64,000 nt of DNA from NCBI GenBank assembly GCA_963822585.1, contig CAWGIE010000035.1:64001-128000 (forward strand), in the 5' to 3' direction. Numbering within the stretch: position 1 is the first letter of the stretch; every line of letters starts with the position of its first letter. Positions 32,131 to 42,521 of the stretch are shown in pieces. A program made the translations under genes and the position numbers. The notes under the pieces are model-generated. The model did no database searches and was not told the origin of the DNA. It saw only the letters and a list, made by a program, of their open reading frames with translations. The DNA is from an uncultured bacterium (GTDB taxonomy: Bacteria; Auribacterota; Erginobacteria; Erginobacterales; Erginobacteraceae).

Positions 32131-34749
32131 ATGGAGAAATACGACTTCAAGAAAATTGAGCCGAAGTGGCGGAAACGCTGGCGGGAGATGGAACTCTTCA
32201 CGGCTCGGGACTTCGACCGGGAGAAGGAGAAGTTCTACTGCCTGACGATGTATCCTTACCCCTCCGGGGTTCTGCACATGGGTCACGTCATCAACTACAC
32301 CCTGGGCGACGTGATCGTCCGCTACCAGATCCTGCGCGGGTTCAACGTTCTCTCCCCGATGGGCTGGGACTCCTTCGGTCTTCCGGCGGAAAACGCCGCC
32401 CGGAAACAGGCGAAGGCGGCCCGGGAAAAAGGAGAGGAACCGCTCCACCCCGACCGCTTCACCGAGCAAAACATCGCCCACATGAAGACCCAGATGGACC
32501 GGGCCGGGTGGGGCTATGACTGGAGCCGGGAGCTGGCGACCAGCCGGCCCGACTATTACCGCTGGACCCAGTGGCTTTTCCTCCTCTTCTATAAGAACGG
32601 CCTGGCGGAAAAAAAGGTCGCCCCGGTCAACTGGTGCGAATCCTGCGGGACGGTCCTGGCCAATGAACAGGTGTTGGCGGACGGAACCTGCGAGCGCTGC
32701 GGCTCCCCGATTGTCCAGAAGGACCTCAACCAGTGGTTCTTCAAGATGAGCAGCTACGCCCAGCAGCTTCTCGACGGGCACCGGGAACTGAGGGGAAACT
32801 GGCCCGACCGGGTGATCAAGATGCAGGAGGAATGGATCGGACGGTCGGAAGGGGCCCGGGTTCGCTTCACCATCACCGAGACCGGGGAGGACCTCCCCAT
32901 CTTCACGACGCGCCCGGACACCCTCTGGGGGGTGACCTTCATGTCCCTGGCACCCGAGCACCCGCTGATCGAGAAGCTGGTGAAAGGCACCGACCGGGAG
33001 GCGGAGGTGATGGCGGCGGTGCGGAAGATGCGTTCCCAGGGGACGGGTTTGCGCCAGATCGTCGACCTGGAGAAGGAGGGTGTCTGGACCGGTTTTCACG
33101 TCACCAACCCGGTCAACGGCCGGAAAGTCCCCCTCTGGGTGGCCAACTTCGCCCTCATGTCCTACGGGACCGGGGCGGTGATGGCGGTCCCGGCTCACGA
33201 CCAGCGTGACTTCGAGTTCGCCCGGAAATACGATCTCCCGGTCCGGGTGGTCATCCAGCCGGAAGGAGACCCGCTCGATCCGGAGACGATGGCGGAGGCC
33301 TATGTCGATCCCGGGATCATGGTCGATTCGGGTCCTTTTACCGGCCGGCTGAACACCGAGGCGATGGAGGAGATTGCCTCCTGGCTGGAGCAGGAGGGGA
33401 GCGGAGGCCCCGCGGTACAGTACCGGCTGCGGGACTGGCTCCTCTCCCGCCAGCGTTACTGGGGCGCGCCGATCCCGATCGTGTACTGTGAGAAATGCGG
33501 CGAGGTGCCGGTCCCCGAAGAAGACCTGCCGGTCGAACTGCCCCTCGATGTCGACTTCGAAAAACCCGGCAACCCCCTGGAAACGAGCGAATCGTTCGTT
33601 AACTGTGCCTGCCCCCGCTGCGGAGGTCCCGCCCGGCGCGAGACCGACACCATGGACACCTTCGTCGACAGCTCGTGGTATTTTCTCCGCTACTGTTCTC
33701 CCGGCGACATTAAAGCGCCTTTCGACCGGGAGTTGGTCCGGTTCTGGATGCCGGTCGATCTCTATATCGGCGGGATCGAGCATGCCACCATGCACCTGAT
33801 TTATTTTCGCTTCTTCACCCGGGTCCTTCACGACCTGGGCTATCTTGATTTTCAGGAGCCGGCCCGGCGTCTCTTCTGCCAGGGGATGGTCTGCAAGACC
33901 GCCTATTACTGCGAGCGGTGTAAATGGATACCGGAAGAGAAGGTGGAGGGAGGGCGCCGGGAGGGGGATGAGATCGTCGGCGGACGGTGTTCCGTCTGTG
34001 GCTCCCCGGTCCGGGGAGAGATGACCAAGATCAGCAAGTCGAAATTGAACATCGTCGACCCCGATCTGATGATGGATAAATATGGGGCCGACTGCGTCCG
34101 GCTCTACATGCTCTCCGACACCCCGCCCGACCTGGACCGGGCCTGGAGCGACGAGCGGATGCAGGGGGCCTGGCGGTTTTTGAACCGGCTCTGGGAGACT
34201 GTTGTCTCCTCCGCCGCCGTTCTGAAAGGTTCCGTTCCGTCCATCCCCTCCGACCTCGATGACGAGAGCCGGGAACTTCGCCGCCAGACCCACACCAGCA
34301 TCGGGAAGGTCACCGAGGCCATTGAAGGCGGCTTCCGTTTCAATACCGCCATCTCCTCGGTCATGGAACTGCTTAATCTGGTGCGCTCGCCGGGAAAAGT
34401 CCACCCGGCGGTCCTGCGGGAAGCCATCGAAAGCCTGTTGATCCTGATCGCCCCGATCACCCCCCACTTCTGTGAAGAAGTCTGGAGTTTGCTCGGCAAC
34501 CGGGAAAGCATCTTTCTCGCGTCCTGGCCCCGGGTGGAAAAAGCGGCCCTCCGGGTGGAGGAGGTGACAATCGCCGTCCAGGTCAACGGCAAGGTTCGCG
34601 GCCGGCTCACCGTCCCCGCGGATGAAGGAGAGGAAGCGATCAAGGCGGCGGCGCTGGCGGACGAAAAAATCAAATCGCATCTCGAGGGTAAAGAGATCGC
34701 TCGGGTCATCGTGGTCCCCCGCCGCTTGGTGAATATTGTCGTGAAATAA
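32131..34749 (+). CDS. leuS: Leucine--tRNA ligase
   Basis: MYPYPSGVLHMGH, GWDSFGLPAENAA, FTTRPDTL, GTGAVMAVPAHDQRD, RDWLLSRQRYWG, DTMDTFVDSSWY, KISKS, VQVNGKVR. Confidence 0.98.
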   Translation: MEKYDFKKIEPKWRKRWREMELFTARDFDREKEKFYCLTMYPYPSGVLHMGHVINYTLGDVIVRYQILRGFNVLSPMGWDSFGLPAENAARKQAKAAREKGEEPLHPDRFTEQNIAHMKTQMDRAGWGYDWSRELATSRPDYYRWTQWLFLLFYKNGLAEKKVAPVNWCESCGTVLANEQVLADGTCERCGSPIVQKDLNQWFFKMSSYAQQLLDGHRELRGNWPDRVIKMQEEWIGRSEGARVRFTITETGEDLPIFTTRPDTLWGVTFMSLAPEHPLIEKLVKGTDREAEVMAAVRKMRSQGTGLRQIVDLEKEGVWTGFHVTNPVNGRKVPLWVANFALMSYGTGAVMAVPAHDQRDFEFARKYDLPVRVVIQPEGDPLDPETMAEAYVDPGIMVDSGPFTGRLNTEAMEEIASWLEQEGSGGPAVQYRLRDWLLSRQRYWGAPIPIVYCEKCGEVPVPEEDLPVELPLDVDFEKPGNPLETSESFVNCACPRCGGPARRETDTMDTFVDSSWYFLRYCSPGDIKAPFDRELVRFWMPVDLYIGGIEHATMHLIYFRFFTRVLHDLGYLDFQEPARRLFCQGMVCKTAYYCERCKWIPEEKVEGGRREGDEIVGGRCSVCGSPVRGEMTKISKSKLNIVDPDLMMDKYGADCVRLYMLSDTPPDLDRAWSDERMQGAWRFLNRLWETVVSSAAVLKGSVPSIPSDLDDESRELRRQTHTSIGKVTEAIEGGFRFNTAISSVMELLNLVRSPGKVHPAVLREAIESLLILIAPITPHFCEEVWSLLGNRESIFLASWPRVEKAALRVEEVTIAVQVNGKVRGRLTVPADEGEEAIKAAALADEKIKSHLEGKEIARVIVVPRRLVNIVVK

Positions 34750-34804
34750 AATGAAACCTGTCGGCTCTATTATAAATTGCCTACATTCCAGGATATAGAT
34801 AAAG

Positions 34805-34895
34805 GGGAGTGATGGAATGGTGGAGTGGTGGAGGGATGGGAATCCTCCCGCCGTAATACCCATTACTCCAATACTCCCCCATTCCAGTACTCCAT
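34805..34895. repeat. Inverted 8-bp tandem array (TGGAGTGA-type)
   Basis: GGAGTGATGGAATGGTGGAGTGGTGGAG ... CCATTACTCCAATACTCC; siblings at 19283, 35494-35563 and 42372-42447. Confidence 0.75.
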
Positions 34896-34949
34896 GTTTC
34901 TCTGTGTCACCGTTTCTTTATTGCTGATACTTTACACACCAGGTGCTGG

Positions 34950-35480
34950 ATGAAGATTTTCGGTTTTTCCTGGCTCCGGCTGGAGAACCTGACCCGGAAG
35001 GAAAAAGGAGCGCTGGCCGCCCTGGCCGTGGCCGTTCTCTGGGGGATGATCGGAGGAGGGGGGCAGATCTGGCGCTCGCACCTGAGGAGCATCACCGCGC
35101 CCCCCGACCTTTACCGGGAACTCCGCCAGGCCCTTCCCGATCCGGAATTACTGAATTTTCATTCCATCCCGTCCGAACAGACGCCGGATGGGGGGATAGT
35201 CTATCTGACCCGGCCTCTTCTTCCCGGCGAAGACGAGATCGAGACCGCCGAGGACGGCTGGATTTTCTTCCCCCGGCATTATTACACCACTGTCAATATC
35301 AACGAGGCCAATGTGGATGAGCTGGCAACCCTCCCCGGCATCGGTCCGGTCACCGCCCGCCGGATTTTCGAGTATCGCAACCGGTACGTCGGTTTCATCA
35401 AGATGAAATCCCTGAAAAAGGTGAAAGGAATCGGCGAGAAAACGTTGAGAAATCTGGAGGGGAGGGTGAGGCTCTATTAA
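34950..35480 (+). CDS. ComEA-like helix-hairpin-helix protein with N-terminal membrane anchor
   Basis: VNINEANVDELATLPGIGPVTARRIFEYR...LKKVKGIGEKT. Confidence 0.8.
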   Translation: MKIFGFSWLRLENLTRKEKGALAALAVAVLWGMIGGGGQIWRSHLRSITAPPDLYRELRQALPDPELLNFHSIPSEQTPDGGIVYLTRPLLPGEDEIETAEDGWIFFPRHYYTTVNINEANVDELATLPGIGPVTARRIFEYRNRYVGFIKMKSLKKVKGIGEKTLRNLEGRVRLY

Positions 35481-35577
35481 AGACATGAGAACGGGGTGAT
35501 GGAGTGGTGGAATGTTGGAGTGATGGGTCCCGGCCTCCAACACTCCAATACTCCAACATTCCATTTTTCCTTTCCCC

Positions 35578-36678
35578 ATGCCATATAATCAACTAAATCC
35601 GGATTGGAAACTTTTCACTGACGTTTCCGAAATCATGGAGATCGCCAGCTGGTATCATGACGGTCCGGCGGTCTGTTTCCGGGGAACGCTGAAAACGGAA
35701 CCGGCCGCGGCCTCCCGGCTGATGACCGCCCGCGCCCGGGAGCACGGTTTGCGGGCATTTCTCCAACGGGACGGGGAAGGGGCCGTCTTCCGGTTTATCC
35801 CCATCGGGAAATCCCGGCGCGAGGGGAGAAAGGGCGTCCACCTGCTCCTGTTCATCGCCACCCTGTTCAGCACTCTCCTGGTCGGCGCCCTGATGAGCGG
35901 TCTGGAACCGCATGACGTTCTTTCCCGGCCGCTTTTAATTCTGCGCGGCGTCCCTTTCTCCTTCACGCTGCTTGTTATCCTCGGTTTCCATGAGTTCAGC
36001 CATTATTTCGTCTCCCGGAGGTACGGGATCCGAACCAGCCTCCCCTATTTCATTCCCTTCCCGAATATTCTCGGCACGATGGGGGCCGTTATTATCAGCC
36101 GGTCTCCCTTTACCGACCGCAAGAGCCTCTTCGATATCGGTATCGCCGGACCCCTGGCCAGCTTTCTGCTTTCAGTGGGGGCGATCTTCCTGGGTTTCTC
36201 CGAGATAAGCCTGGTCAGAACGAACCTGCACCTGCTGCGGCCGGGACCGGAGTTGTACCTGGGGGATTCGCTTCTGACCACCGCGATCTACTCCCTGCGT
36301 TACCATGCGATTCCTCCCGGATTTACCGTCAGTCTGGGCCCGATCAGTTTTGCCGGCTGGGTGGGTCTCTTCGTCACCGCGCTCAATCTGCTCCCGATGG
36401 GCCAGCTCGACGGCGGCCATATCTCCTACGCCCTTTTTGGGCGGAGGCACGAACTGATCACCAAGGTCGTGATCATCCTTCTGGCCCTTTTCGGTCTCCT
36501 CTTCTCGTCGCCCTTTTGGATCTTCATCGCCGTCCTGGTCGCCGTCCTCAGTCCCCGCCATGCCCCTCCGCTCGACGACATCACCCCGCTCAATCCCGGC
36601 CGGGTGATCCTCGGCATTATCGCCTTCCTGATCCTGGTCCTCTGCTTCATTCCCGTCCCCCTCCGAATAGTCGGTTAA
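35578..36678 (+). CDS. Site-2 protease family (peptidase M50) intramembrane metalloprotease
   Basis: HEFSH, GTMGAVI, DIGIAGPLA, LNLLPMGQLDGGH. Confidence 0.9.
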   Translation: MPYNQLNPDWKLFTDVSEIMEIASWYHDGPAVCFRGTLKTEPAAASRLMTARAREHGLRAFLQRDGEGAVFRFIPIGKSRREGRKGVHLLLFIATLFSTLLVGALMSGLEPHDVLSRPLLILRGVPFSFTLLVILGFHEFSHYFVSRRYGIRTSLPYFIPFPNILGTMGAVIISRSPFTDRKSLFDIGIAGPLASFLLSVGAIFLGFSEISLVRTNLHLLRPGPELYLGDSLLTTAIYSLRYHAIPPGFTVSLGPISFAGWVGLFVTALNLLPMGQLDGGHISYALFGRRHELITKVVIILLALFGLLFSSPFWIFIAVLVAVLSPRHAPPLDDITPLNPGRVILGIIAFLILVLCFIPVPLRIVG

Positions 36679-37669
36679 AATCCCCCACCCTCGGCCCCTT
36701 GAATAGCCGTTAAAAAGAGTCCCGAGAAGACCGAATGTCTTTTTTCGGGAGGCGCAAAAGATACAAAAAAGCCCCTGACCTCGCTCCCTGTAATTTAGCA
36801 CCTGATCCTTCGACTTCGCTCAGGACAAGTTTTACCTGATTTTTACCCCGCGGTGACGAAGTCACTTTGCGGGGGCTCTGATATGTTCCCCCTCGCCCCC
36901 GGTATGGATCAAACGATTGAATGTGATTTTATCTGATCGGTTCCCACTACCCATCCCTTTCGGGAGTCCGTTAATTTCACTCATTGGCACTAGCTGTCTA
37001 TTACCGTGATCTCCGATGGGAAGAGACCTCCATGGCTTTAAACCATAGGTGAATTAGTTAGACAGATCCCAAAAGTGAGGCATCGTTTTTTCTCTTGGTC
37101 CTCGCCGAAACACGAACTTCTTCAGGCATTGGACATATTCATACGATCGTACAGATTTGTCCACTGCTGATGACGCGTTCACAGTATATTCTTATCTTTC
37201 AGGAAAGCGGATGAAGCGAGACCATCAGGTGGGGAAAGGGAGGGGTATTCCCGCTCTTATCCTAGCCAGGGACACGATCCTCATCATCTTTCGGACAATT
37301 CGTGCTCGATCGATCACAAGTTGTCCGATGACAAGGTATGATAGAATATTTCACTTCCGAAAAACAGGATCAGTCGGTATAATTTCGAGTAGGAACAATG
37401 CTTATAAGTACGTTGTGGAGTTGTTCAGAGTTTACCTTGACAGGCTGAGTCGGTGGAGCAAAAGAAGTATCGCCGCCGCACGGCCCCGGGCGGTAAAAAC
37501 CCGGTTACTCCAAGAGGACACCATATCAACTATAAGATCGAGAAGTATTCCCCATTTTTCTTTAAATTTGGACTAATAAATACATAGTCAGTGCATGCAA
37601 TTCACAATTTTCGATTATACCTCCAAACGATGTCTTCATAAACTTTGAAAATAAGCTGGAGTAAATGAA

Positions 37670-38173
37670 ATGCAATATGCATATACTAAAACTGTCATAG
37701 CTGTAATTCTTATTTCCTTGGTAATTATGGCATTTTTACTTACGTGTAGACGTGATGAAATGAGTATTATAGAAAATCGTTTAAAGGGTTTTGATTATTT
37801 CAAAATTAGGGATGCATGCAGATTAGTGATAACCAAAAAGGATCTGTATAAACCCGAAACTCCCGAACCTTTTCCTGTTCCGGGTTTAATAGTACTAATG
37901 CCGAAGAATAATATCCAGTGGGACAGACTCCCCTTAATTATAAAAAAATTAAAGCCACTTGAAATAATGATTACTGAGAATTCCTTATGTATGTATCTGG
38001 ATACATTACCAAGTGTATTAGTAGTAGCTTATGCTGAAGGGGCAAAGCAATCAGGCACAATAAAATTAATAGATTGCCTTTGGTATTGGAATAGGGAAAC
38101 AAAACTAAATACTCTTACGCCGCCGCCAGCGGCAATCCCTATTACCTATTCACCCTCACCAACTAAGTCCTGA
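37670..38173 (+). CDS. Hypothetical AT-rich protein with N-terminal hydrophobic segment
   Basis: RBS GGAG; open 167-codon frame in AT-rich DNA; no recognisable motif. Confidence 0.6.
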   Translation: MQYAYTKTVIAVILISLVIMAFLLTCRRDEMSIIENRLKGFDYFKIRDACRLVITKKDLYKPETPEPFPVPGLIVLMPKNNIQWDRLPLIIKKLKPLEIMITENSLCMYLDTLPSVLVVAYAEGAKQSGTIKLIDCLWYWNRETKLNTLTPPPAAIPITYSPSPTKS

Positions 38174-38323
38174 CAGCATTGAATGGAGTCCTGATTTTAA
38201 AAGAAAGGGGTAATACTTTAAAACGGAGGTTTCGGGAAGGAACCCCTGGAAGTGTTCCCCCGATAAACTGACTTCTTTGTGTCTTAGTGTCTTTGTGGTT
38301 ATTAAAGGGGGTGGGGTAGGGGC

Positions 38324-38362
38324 AAAAAAACGGCCCGGGGGAGATTTATCTCCCCCGGGCCG
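38324..38362 (-). terminator. Intrinsic terminator of the Spy/CpxP-like gene
   Basis: CGGCCCGGGGGAGAT-TT-ATCTCCCCCGGGCCG with an A7 tract on the + strand. Confidence 0.8.
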
Positions 38363-38384
38363 GAGAACGGAATGAATGGGAGGT

Positions 38385-38936
38385 TTAATCCTGGTCGGTC
38401 TTTTCGTCCCGGTCTCCCTGCCGGTGCATCCGCATCATTCCCTTTCCGTGTCCTTCCTCGGAGGGGCCGCCTTTGTGTTCGTCCCGGTCGCCCTCCTTCT
38501 TCCCGCGCATCCTGTGCTGGCGGCTCTGTTCCAGCTGAGACCATTGGTCGGCGGAGAGCACCTGGCGGACAGCGATCTGCTTGCTGATGCCCAGTTTGGT
38601 CAGTGTCGCCGTGGCGGCGCTGATCTCATCGCTCAGACGGGCCGCGTCCTCGGCGGAGAAGGTAGACTGCGAGAACAGGCGGTCCATCTCCAGCTTGGCC
38701 CGTTTTAAACGGGTAGCCGGATCGAGACTGTCCAGTTTGAATTGGTAATCAATCTCATCCAGCTTGCCGATCTGCTCCGGTGTCAGCGCCAGCTTCTTGA
38801 CGATTTTCTCGTTTTTCCAGAAGATGAAGCCGTGCTCGCGTCCTTTCCCCGCCATCCCGCCCGGCTGCGCCATGGCGGGAACGGCCAGGGCGAACAGCAC
38901 CGGCAGTCCCAGTAAAAATCCGATCCATCTCTTCAT
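38385..38936 (-). CDS. Periplasmic Spy/CpxP/ZraP-like (LTXXQ) protein
   Basis: Signal peptide; LALTPEQ and VLSADQW motifs; G/M/H-rich ends. Confidence 0.75.
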   Translation of the reverse strand: MKRWIGFLLGLPVLFALAVPAMAQPGGMAGKGREHGFIFWKNEKIVKKLALTPEQIGKLDEIDYQFKLDSLDPATRLKRAKLEMDRLFSQSTFSAEDAARLSDEISAATATLTKLGISKQIAVRQVLSADQWSQLEQSRQHRMRGKKEGDRDEHKGGPSEEGHGKGMMRMHRQGDRDEKTDQD

Positions 38937-39186
38937 CTCAACACCTCCCTTTTTGTTGGTTGAGATTTTTCTTCCTGAAAACCATATTTCCGTGATAAGT
39001 ATGAAACGCAGATCAGAGGAAAAGGTTTAACTTATTTTTTCTGCCCCGATAAAACCGGGGCAGAAAAAATAGTGAGGAAGGATCGCGGGGATCATCATAC
39101 CCGAGGGATAGCAGCATGAGAGGATGGGAAAACGGGTTCCCCAACACTCCATTTCGCCACCGGTGCAGCCTCAGGGCCGTGTTTTC

Positions 39187-40200
39187 ATGAACGCTAACCG
39201 AACTGTCCCGTTCACCTACGCCGACATCTTTCGGGTGGTGCAGTATACTCTGGATCACCGACGGCTCATCATCCAAGCCGTCGGTTTGCTGCTGGCACTG
39301 CTCGCCCTCTTCGGCTTTTTCGCCCTCGGTTATCAGACGCAGGGCTCTCTGAATTTTCTCCCCTGGTTCTGCAACCTGGCCGGGGTGATCTCCTTTTACC
39401 TGATTATCATGATCTTTGCCGGTCCGGTAACCTACCTGATCCTGGAGGAGATTAAAACCGGCCGCCGGGCCAGCGTCGCCGGCTCCCTGAAAAAGGGTTT
39501 GCGTTACGGGCTCCGCCTGGCCCTGGCTCCTCTCGGGGTCCTCACCTTTCTCCTGGCGGCCGGGATCATTTTGGTTCTGCTTACCTGCCTGGGGATGACC
39601 CCGGACGCGGGACCCGTGATCTGGGCCCTGCTGATCATCCCCCAGTTCATCCTCTCTCTGCTTCTGGTGATCGGCACCGTCACCCTGCTCGCGGAGACAT
39701 TATTGCTCCCGTCGATCATTATTGAAGAAAAGATACCGCCCGGACAGGCCTTCGCGGTCCTCCTCCGGCTGATGCGGCGCCGCTTTCTCACTTTCTGGGG
39801 ATATAGTTTTACCGCCCTTTTCCTGACCCTGGTCTATTTCCTCCTCTTTACTCTGGTGATACTGGGTGCGCTGGCCGTGCTTTACGGTGTCTCGTTTATG
39901 CTTCTGGGCGATATGCCCGGGGGGGTGCTTCTCGCCATGCCCGCTTTCTTTCACGAATTACCTTCTTTTATAGAAACGTCCATTTCTTTTCCGCCCGGGC
40001 TCCCTGCCGGCGAAGAACCTCTCACGCTCGCCGGGTATCTGGCGGGTTTTTCCCTCCTCTTCATCTATGTCGCCTGGCTCTCTTATCCGATCCTTTACGG
40101 CTTTAATTCCGGCGTAATCATCTATCTGGCCCTGAAAAACAAGGATTCCCCCACCTCCCCCCCTTTTCGAACCGCGGATTATGCTGATTATACGGATTAA
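39187..40200 (+). CDS. Hypothetical polytopic membrane protein
   Basis: Multiple long hydrophobic segments; no family recognised. Confidence 0.65.
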   Translation: MNANRTVPFTYADIFRVVQYTLDHRRLIIQAVGLLLALLALFGFFALGYQTQGSLNFLPWFCNLAGVISFYLIIMIFAGPVTYLILEEIKTGRRASVAGSLKKGLRYGLRLALAPLGVLTFLLAAGIILVLLTCLGMTPDAGPVIWALLIIPQFILSLLLVIGTVTLLAETLLLPSIIIEEKIPPGQAFAVLLRLMRRRFLTFWGYSFTALFLTLVYFLLFTLVILGALAVLYGVSFMLLGDMPGGVLLAMPAFFHELPSFIETSISFPPGLPAGEEPLTLAGYLAGFSLLFIYVAWLSYPILYGFNSGVIIYLALKNKDSPTSPPFRTADYADYTD

Positions 40201-40393
40201 GTTCCCTCACCGCCCCCCTCTTTTTTTTACCACAGAGATCACAGAGGTCATGGAGGGTATTTTTTATTGAACGTTGAGCGTTGAGCGTTCGATGTTCATC
40301 TCTTCTTTCCCCCGCAGGTGTTGACATTCCGGCCTAACTGGGCTATATCTTTACTCCGAAATTACTATAAGTACACCATTGCAGGGGGAGCAA

Positions 40394-40972
40394 ATGACAA
40401 CCGGGAAAAAGCACCACACCATAAAGAAGCCGGATCACGGCGAGCAGGTTAAAAACGGAGAAAAGTCACCGGATACGGTGGAAATCCCCGCCAGGGAACT
40501 GGAAGACCTCCGTTTGCTGGCCGTCGCCGGCGCCCAGGACCGCGAGAAGATGCTGCGGAACATGGCCGATATGGAGAACCTCCGCAAGCGAATGGAAAAA
40601 GAAAAGAAAGACTACATAGATTACGCGAATCGGGAGTTGATCTTCGAGCTTCTGCCGGTTGTGGATAATTTCGATCGGGCACTGCAGTCCGCAGAAAAGA
40701 CGGCCCATTCCGCGCCCTATATTCAGGGATTTGAGATGATATACAAGCAGCTGAAGGGTATGCTCAAACAGCAGGGCGTGGAAGAGATCAAGGCCCAGGG
40801 AGAACCTTTTGACCCGCATCTTCATGAGGCCGTGCAGACGGGAGAGACCGATCACTATCCCCCGGATACCGTCCTGGAAGTGATCATGAAGGGATACCTG
40901 TTGCGGGGGAAGCTCTTGCGTCCCGCGGTGGTCAAGGTCTCCCGGCCGATCGAACCTTCGGGGAAACCCTGA
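40394..40972 (+). CDS. grpE: Nucleotide exchange factor GrpE
   Basis: ADMENLRKR, LLPVVDNFDRAL, FDPHLHEAV, KGYLLRGKLLRPAVVKV. Confidence 0.95.
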   Translation: MTTGKKHHTIKKPDHGEQVKNGEKSPDTVEIPARELEDLRLLAVAGAQDREKMLRNMADMENLRKRMEKEKKDYIDYANRELIFELLPVVDNFDRALQSAEKTAHSAPYIQGFEMIYKQLKGMLKQQGVEEIKAQGEPFDPHLHEAVQTGETDHYPPDTVLEVIMKGYLLRGKLLRPAVVKVSRPIEPSGKP

Positions 40973-41155
40973 CGGTCATGGGATCCCGGGAGAGTTACCC
41001 GATTGAAAACCCCGCCTCCCCGGTTTTTAACTGTTTCGGAAATTTTCCGATATCCGTTTAGATCCCAATAGCATTGTTTTAAATACAGATGAATCAAGGC
41101 AATAATTTTATTTTCCCCCCCGATTAATACTTCGGGGCGGAGCGGAAAAATAAAA

Positions 41156-42316
41156 ATGAGTAAGCGCGACTACTATGAAGTGCTGGGAGTAAGCCGGCAG
41201 GCGACCGAGATCGAGATCAAAAAAGCGTATCGGCGTCTGGCGGTTGAGTACCATCCAGACAAAAATCCCGGGAACGCGGACGCGGAGGAGCGCTTCAAGG
41301 AGGTTGCCGAGGCTTTCGAAGCATTGAGCGATCCTCGGAAGAGAGAGCTGTACGATGCATACGGGCATGATGGCTTACGGAGAGGGGGATTCGGATTTCA
41401 CGATCCCGTTGACATATTCCAGCAGTTCATGGGGGCCGCTTTCGGGGGAGGGATCTTCGGTGATATCTTCGGTTTCGGGGGGCATGCCCGGAGAGGACCG
41501 GAGGCCGGAGCCAATGTTGAATATGAGATGGAGATCAGCCTGGAGGAAGCGGCCGCCGGGGTGGAGAAGAAGATAAGCATTTTTCGCCGGGAGAGATGCC
41601 CCCGCTGCAAAGGCGAAGGAGCGGAACCGGGCACCGATCGGACGGTCTGCGACCGGTGCCGGGGATCGGGGAAAATCCGGCAGAGCAGGAATACCCTGCT
41701 GGGGACCTTTACCACTGAATCCTACTGTTCCGCCTGTGGGGGGGAAGGGAGCATCGCCACGGAACCGTGCAGCGAGTGCCAGGGGCAGCGGACCGTCGAA
41801 CGGGAAAGGGAAGTTACGGTGAAAATCCCACCCGGCGTTGACGATGGTTCCATTCTCAGGCAGCGGGGCGGGGGAGAATCGGGCCCCCGGAACGGTCCTG
41901 CTGGAGATCTGATCATTTATATCCGCCTTCTGCCCCATCCCATCTTTCAACGTTCCGGCGACGATATCCTCTGCGAGCTCCCGATCAGCTTCCCCCTGGC
42001 CGCTCTGGGCGGAGAAACCCGGATCCCGACCCTGGTCGGAGATACCGGGCTGAAGATACCCCCCGGCACCCAGAGCGGGCAGGTATTCCGTCTCCGCGGC
42101 AAGGGGATACCGCATCTACACGGGACCGGCCGAGGGGATGAACAGATCGCCGTGACGGTGGAGATCCCGACCAGATTGAACAGGGAGCAGCGTGATCTGT
42201 TACGCCGTCTGGAGGAATCGTTTTCGGATAAGAACCGTCCTCTCCATAAAAGTTTCTCGGATAAAGCACACGACTTCCTGAATAAACACGGGCTGGGGAA
42301 ACAGGGGACAGCATGA
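41156..42316 (+). CDS. dnaJ: Chaperone DnaJ
   Basis: [15 protein letters not shown]-rich region, four CxxCxGxG motifs. Confidence 0.97.
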   Translation: MSKRDYYEVLGVSRQATEIEIKKAYRRLAVEYHPDKNPGNADAEERFKEVAEAFEALSDPRKRELYDAYGHDGLRRGGFGFHDPVDIFQQFMGAAFGGGIFGDIFGFGGHARRGPEAGANVEYEMEISLEEAAAGVEKKISIFRRERCPRCKGEGAEPGTDRTVCDRCRGSGKIRQSRNTLLGTFTTESYCSACGGEGSIATEPCSECQGQRTVEREREVTVKIPPGVDDGSILRQRGGGESGPRNGPAGDLIIYIRLLPHPIFQRSGDDILCELPISFPLAALGGETRIPTLVGDTGLKIPPGTQSGQVFRLRGKGIPHLHGTGRGDEQIAVTVEIPTRLNREQRDLLRRLEESFSDKNRPLHKSFSDKAHDFLNKHGLGKQGTA

Positions 42317-42521
42317 AGCGGTCCGAGGATGCAATATTCTACCGAGCCGATAGGGGTTCAGCTGATTTATAGTGGAGTAATGGAGTGCTGGAGTATTGGA
42401 ATGAAGGAAAATCCCCGTACTCCATCACTCCATCATTCCATTACTCCTTTGCGCTATCCCGGTAAATCCCGATATGAAATTTTGGTTTGAATCGCAGTAG
42501 ATTGCGAGAAGCGAGTCTCCC

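Noticed and set aside
32110..34863. 917-aa antisense ORF over leuS, and similar long shadow ORFs (4949-6169, 9450-10736, 16310-17710, 45073-46389)
   Set aside because: They mirror well-supported genes on the opposite strand, are expected from GC-rich codon bias, and show no recognisable motifs
37157..37576. 139-aa ORF in the low-GC islet
   Set aside because: TTG start with no RBS and no recognisable domain
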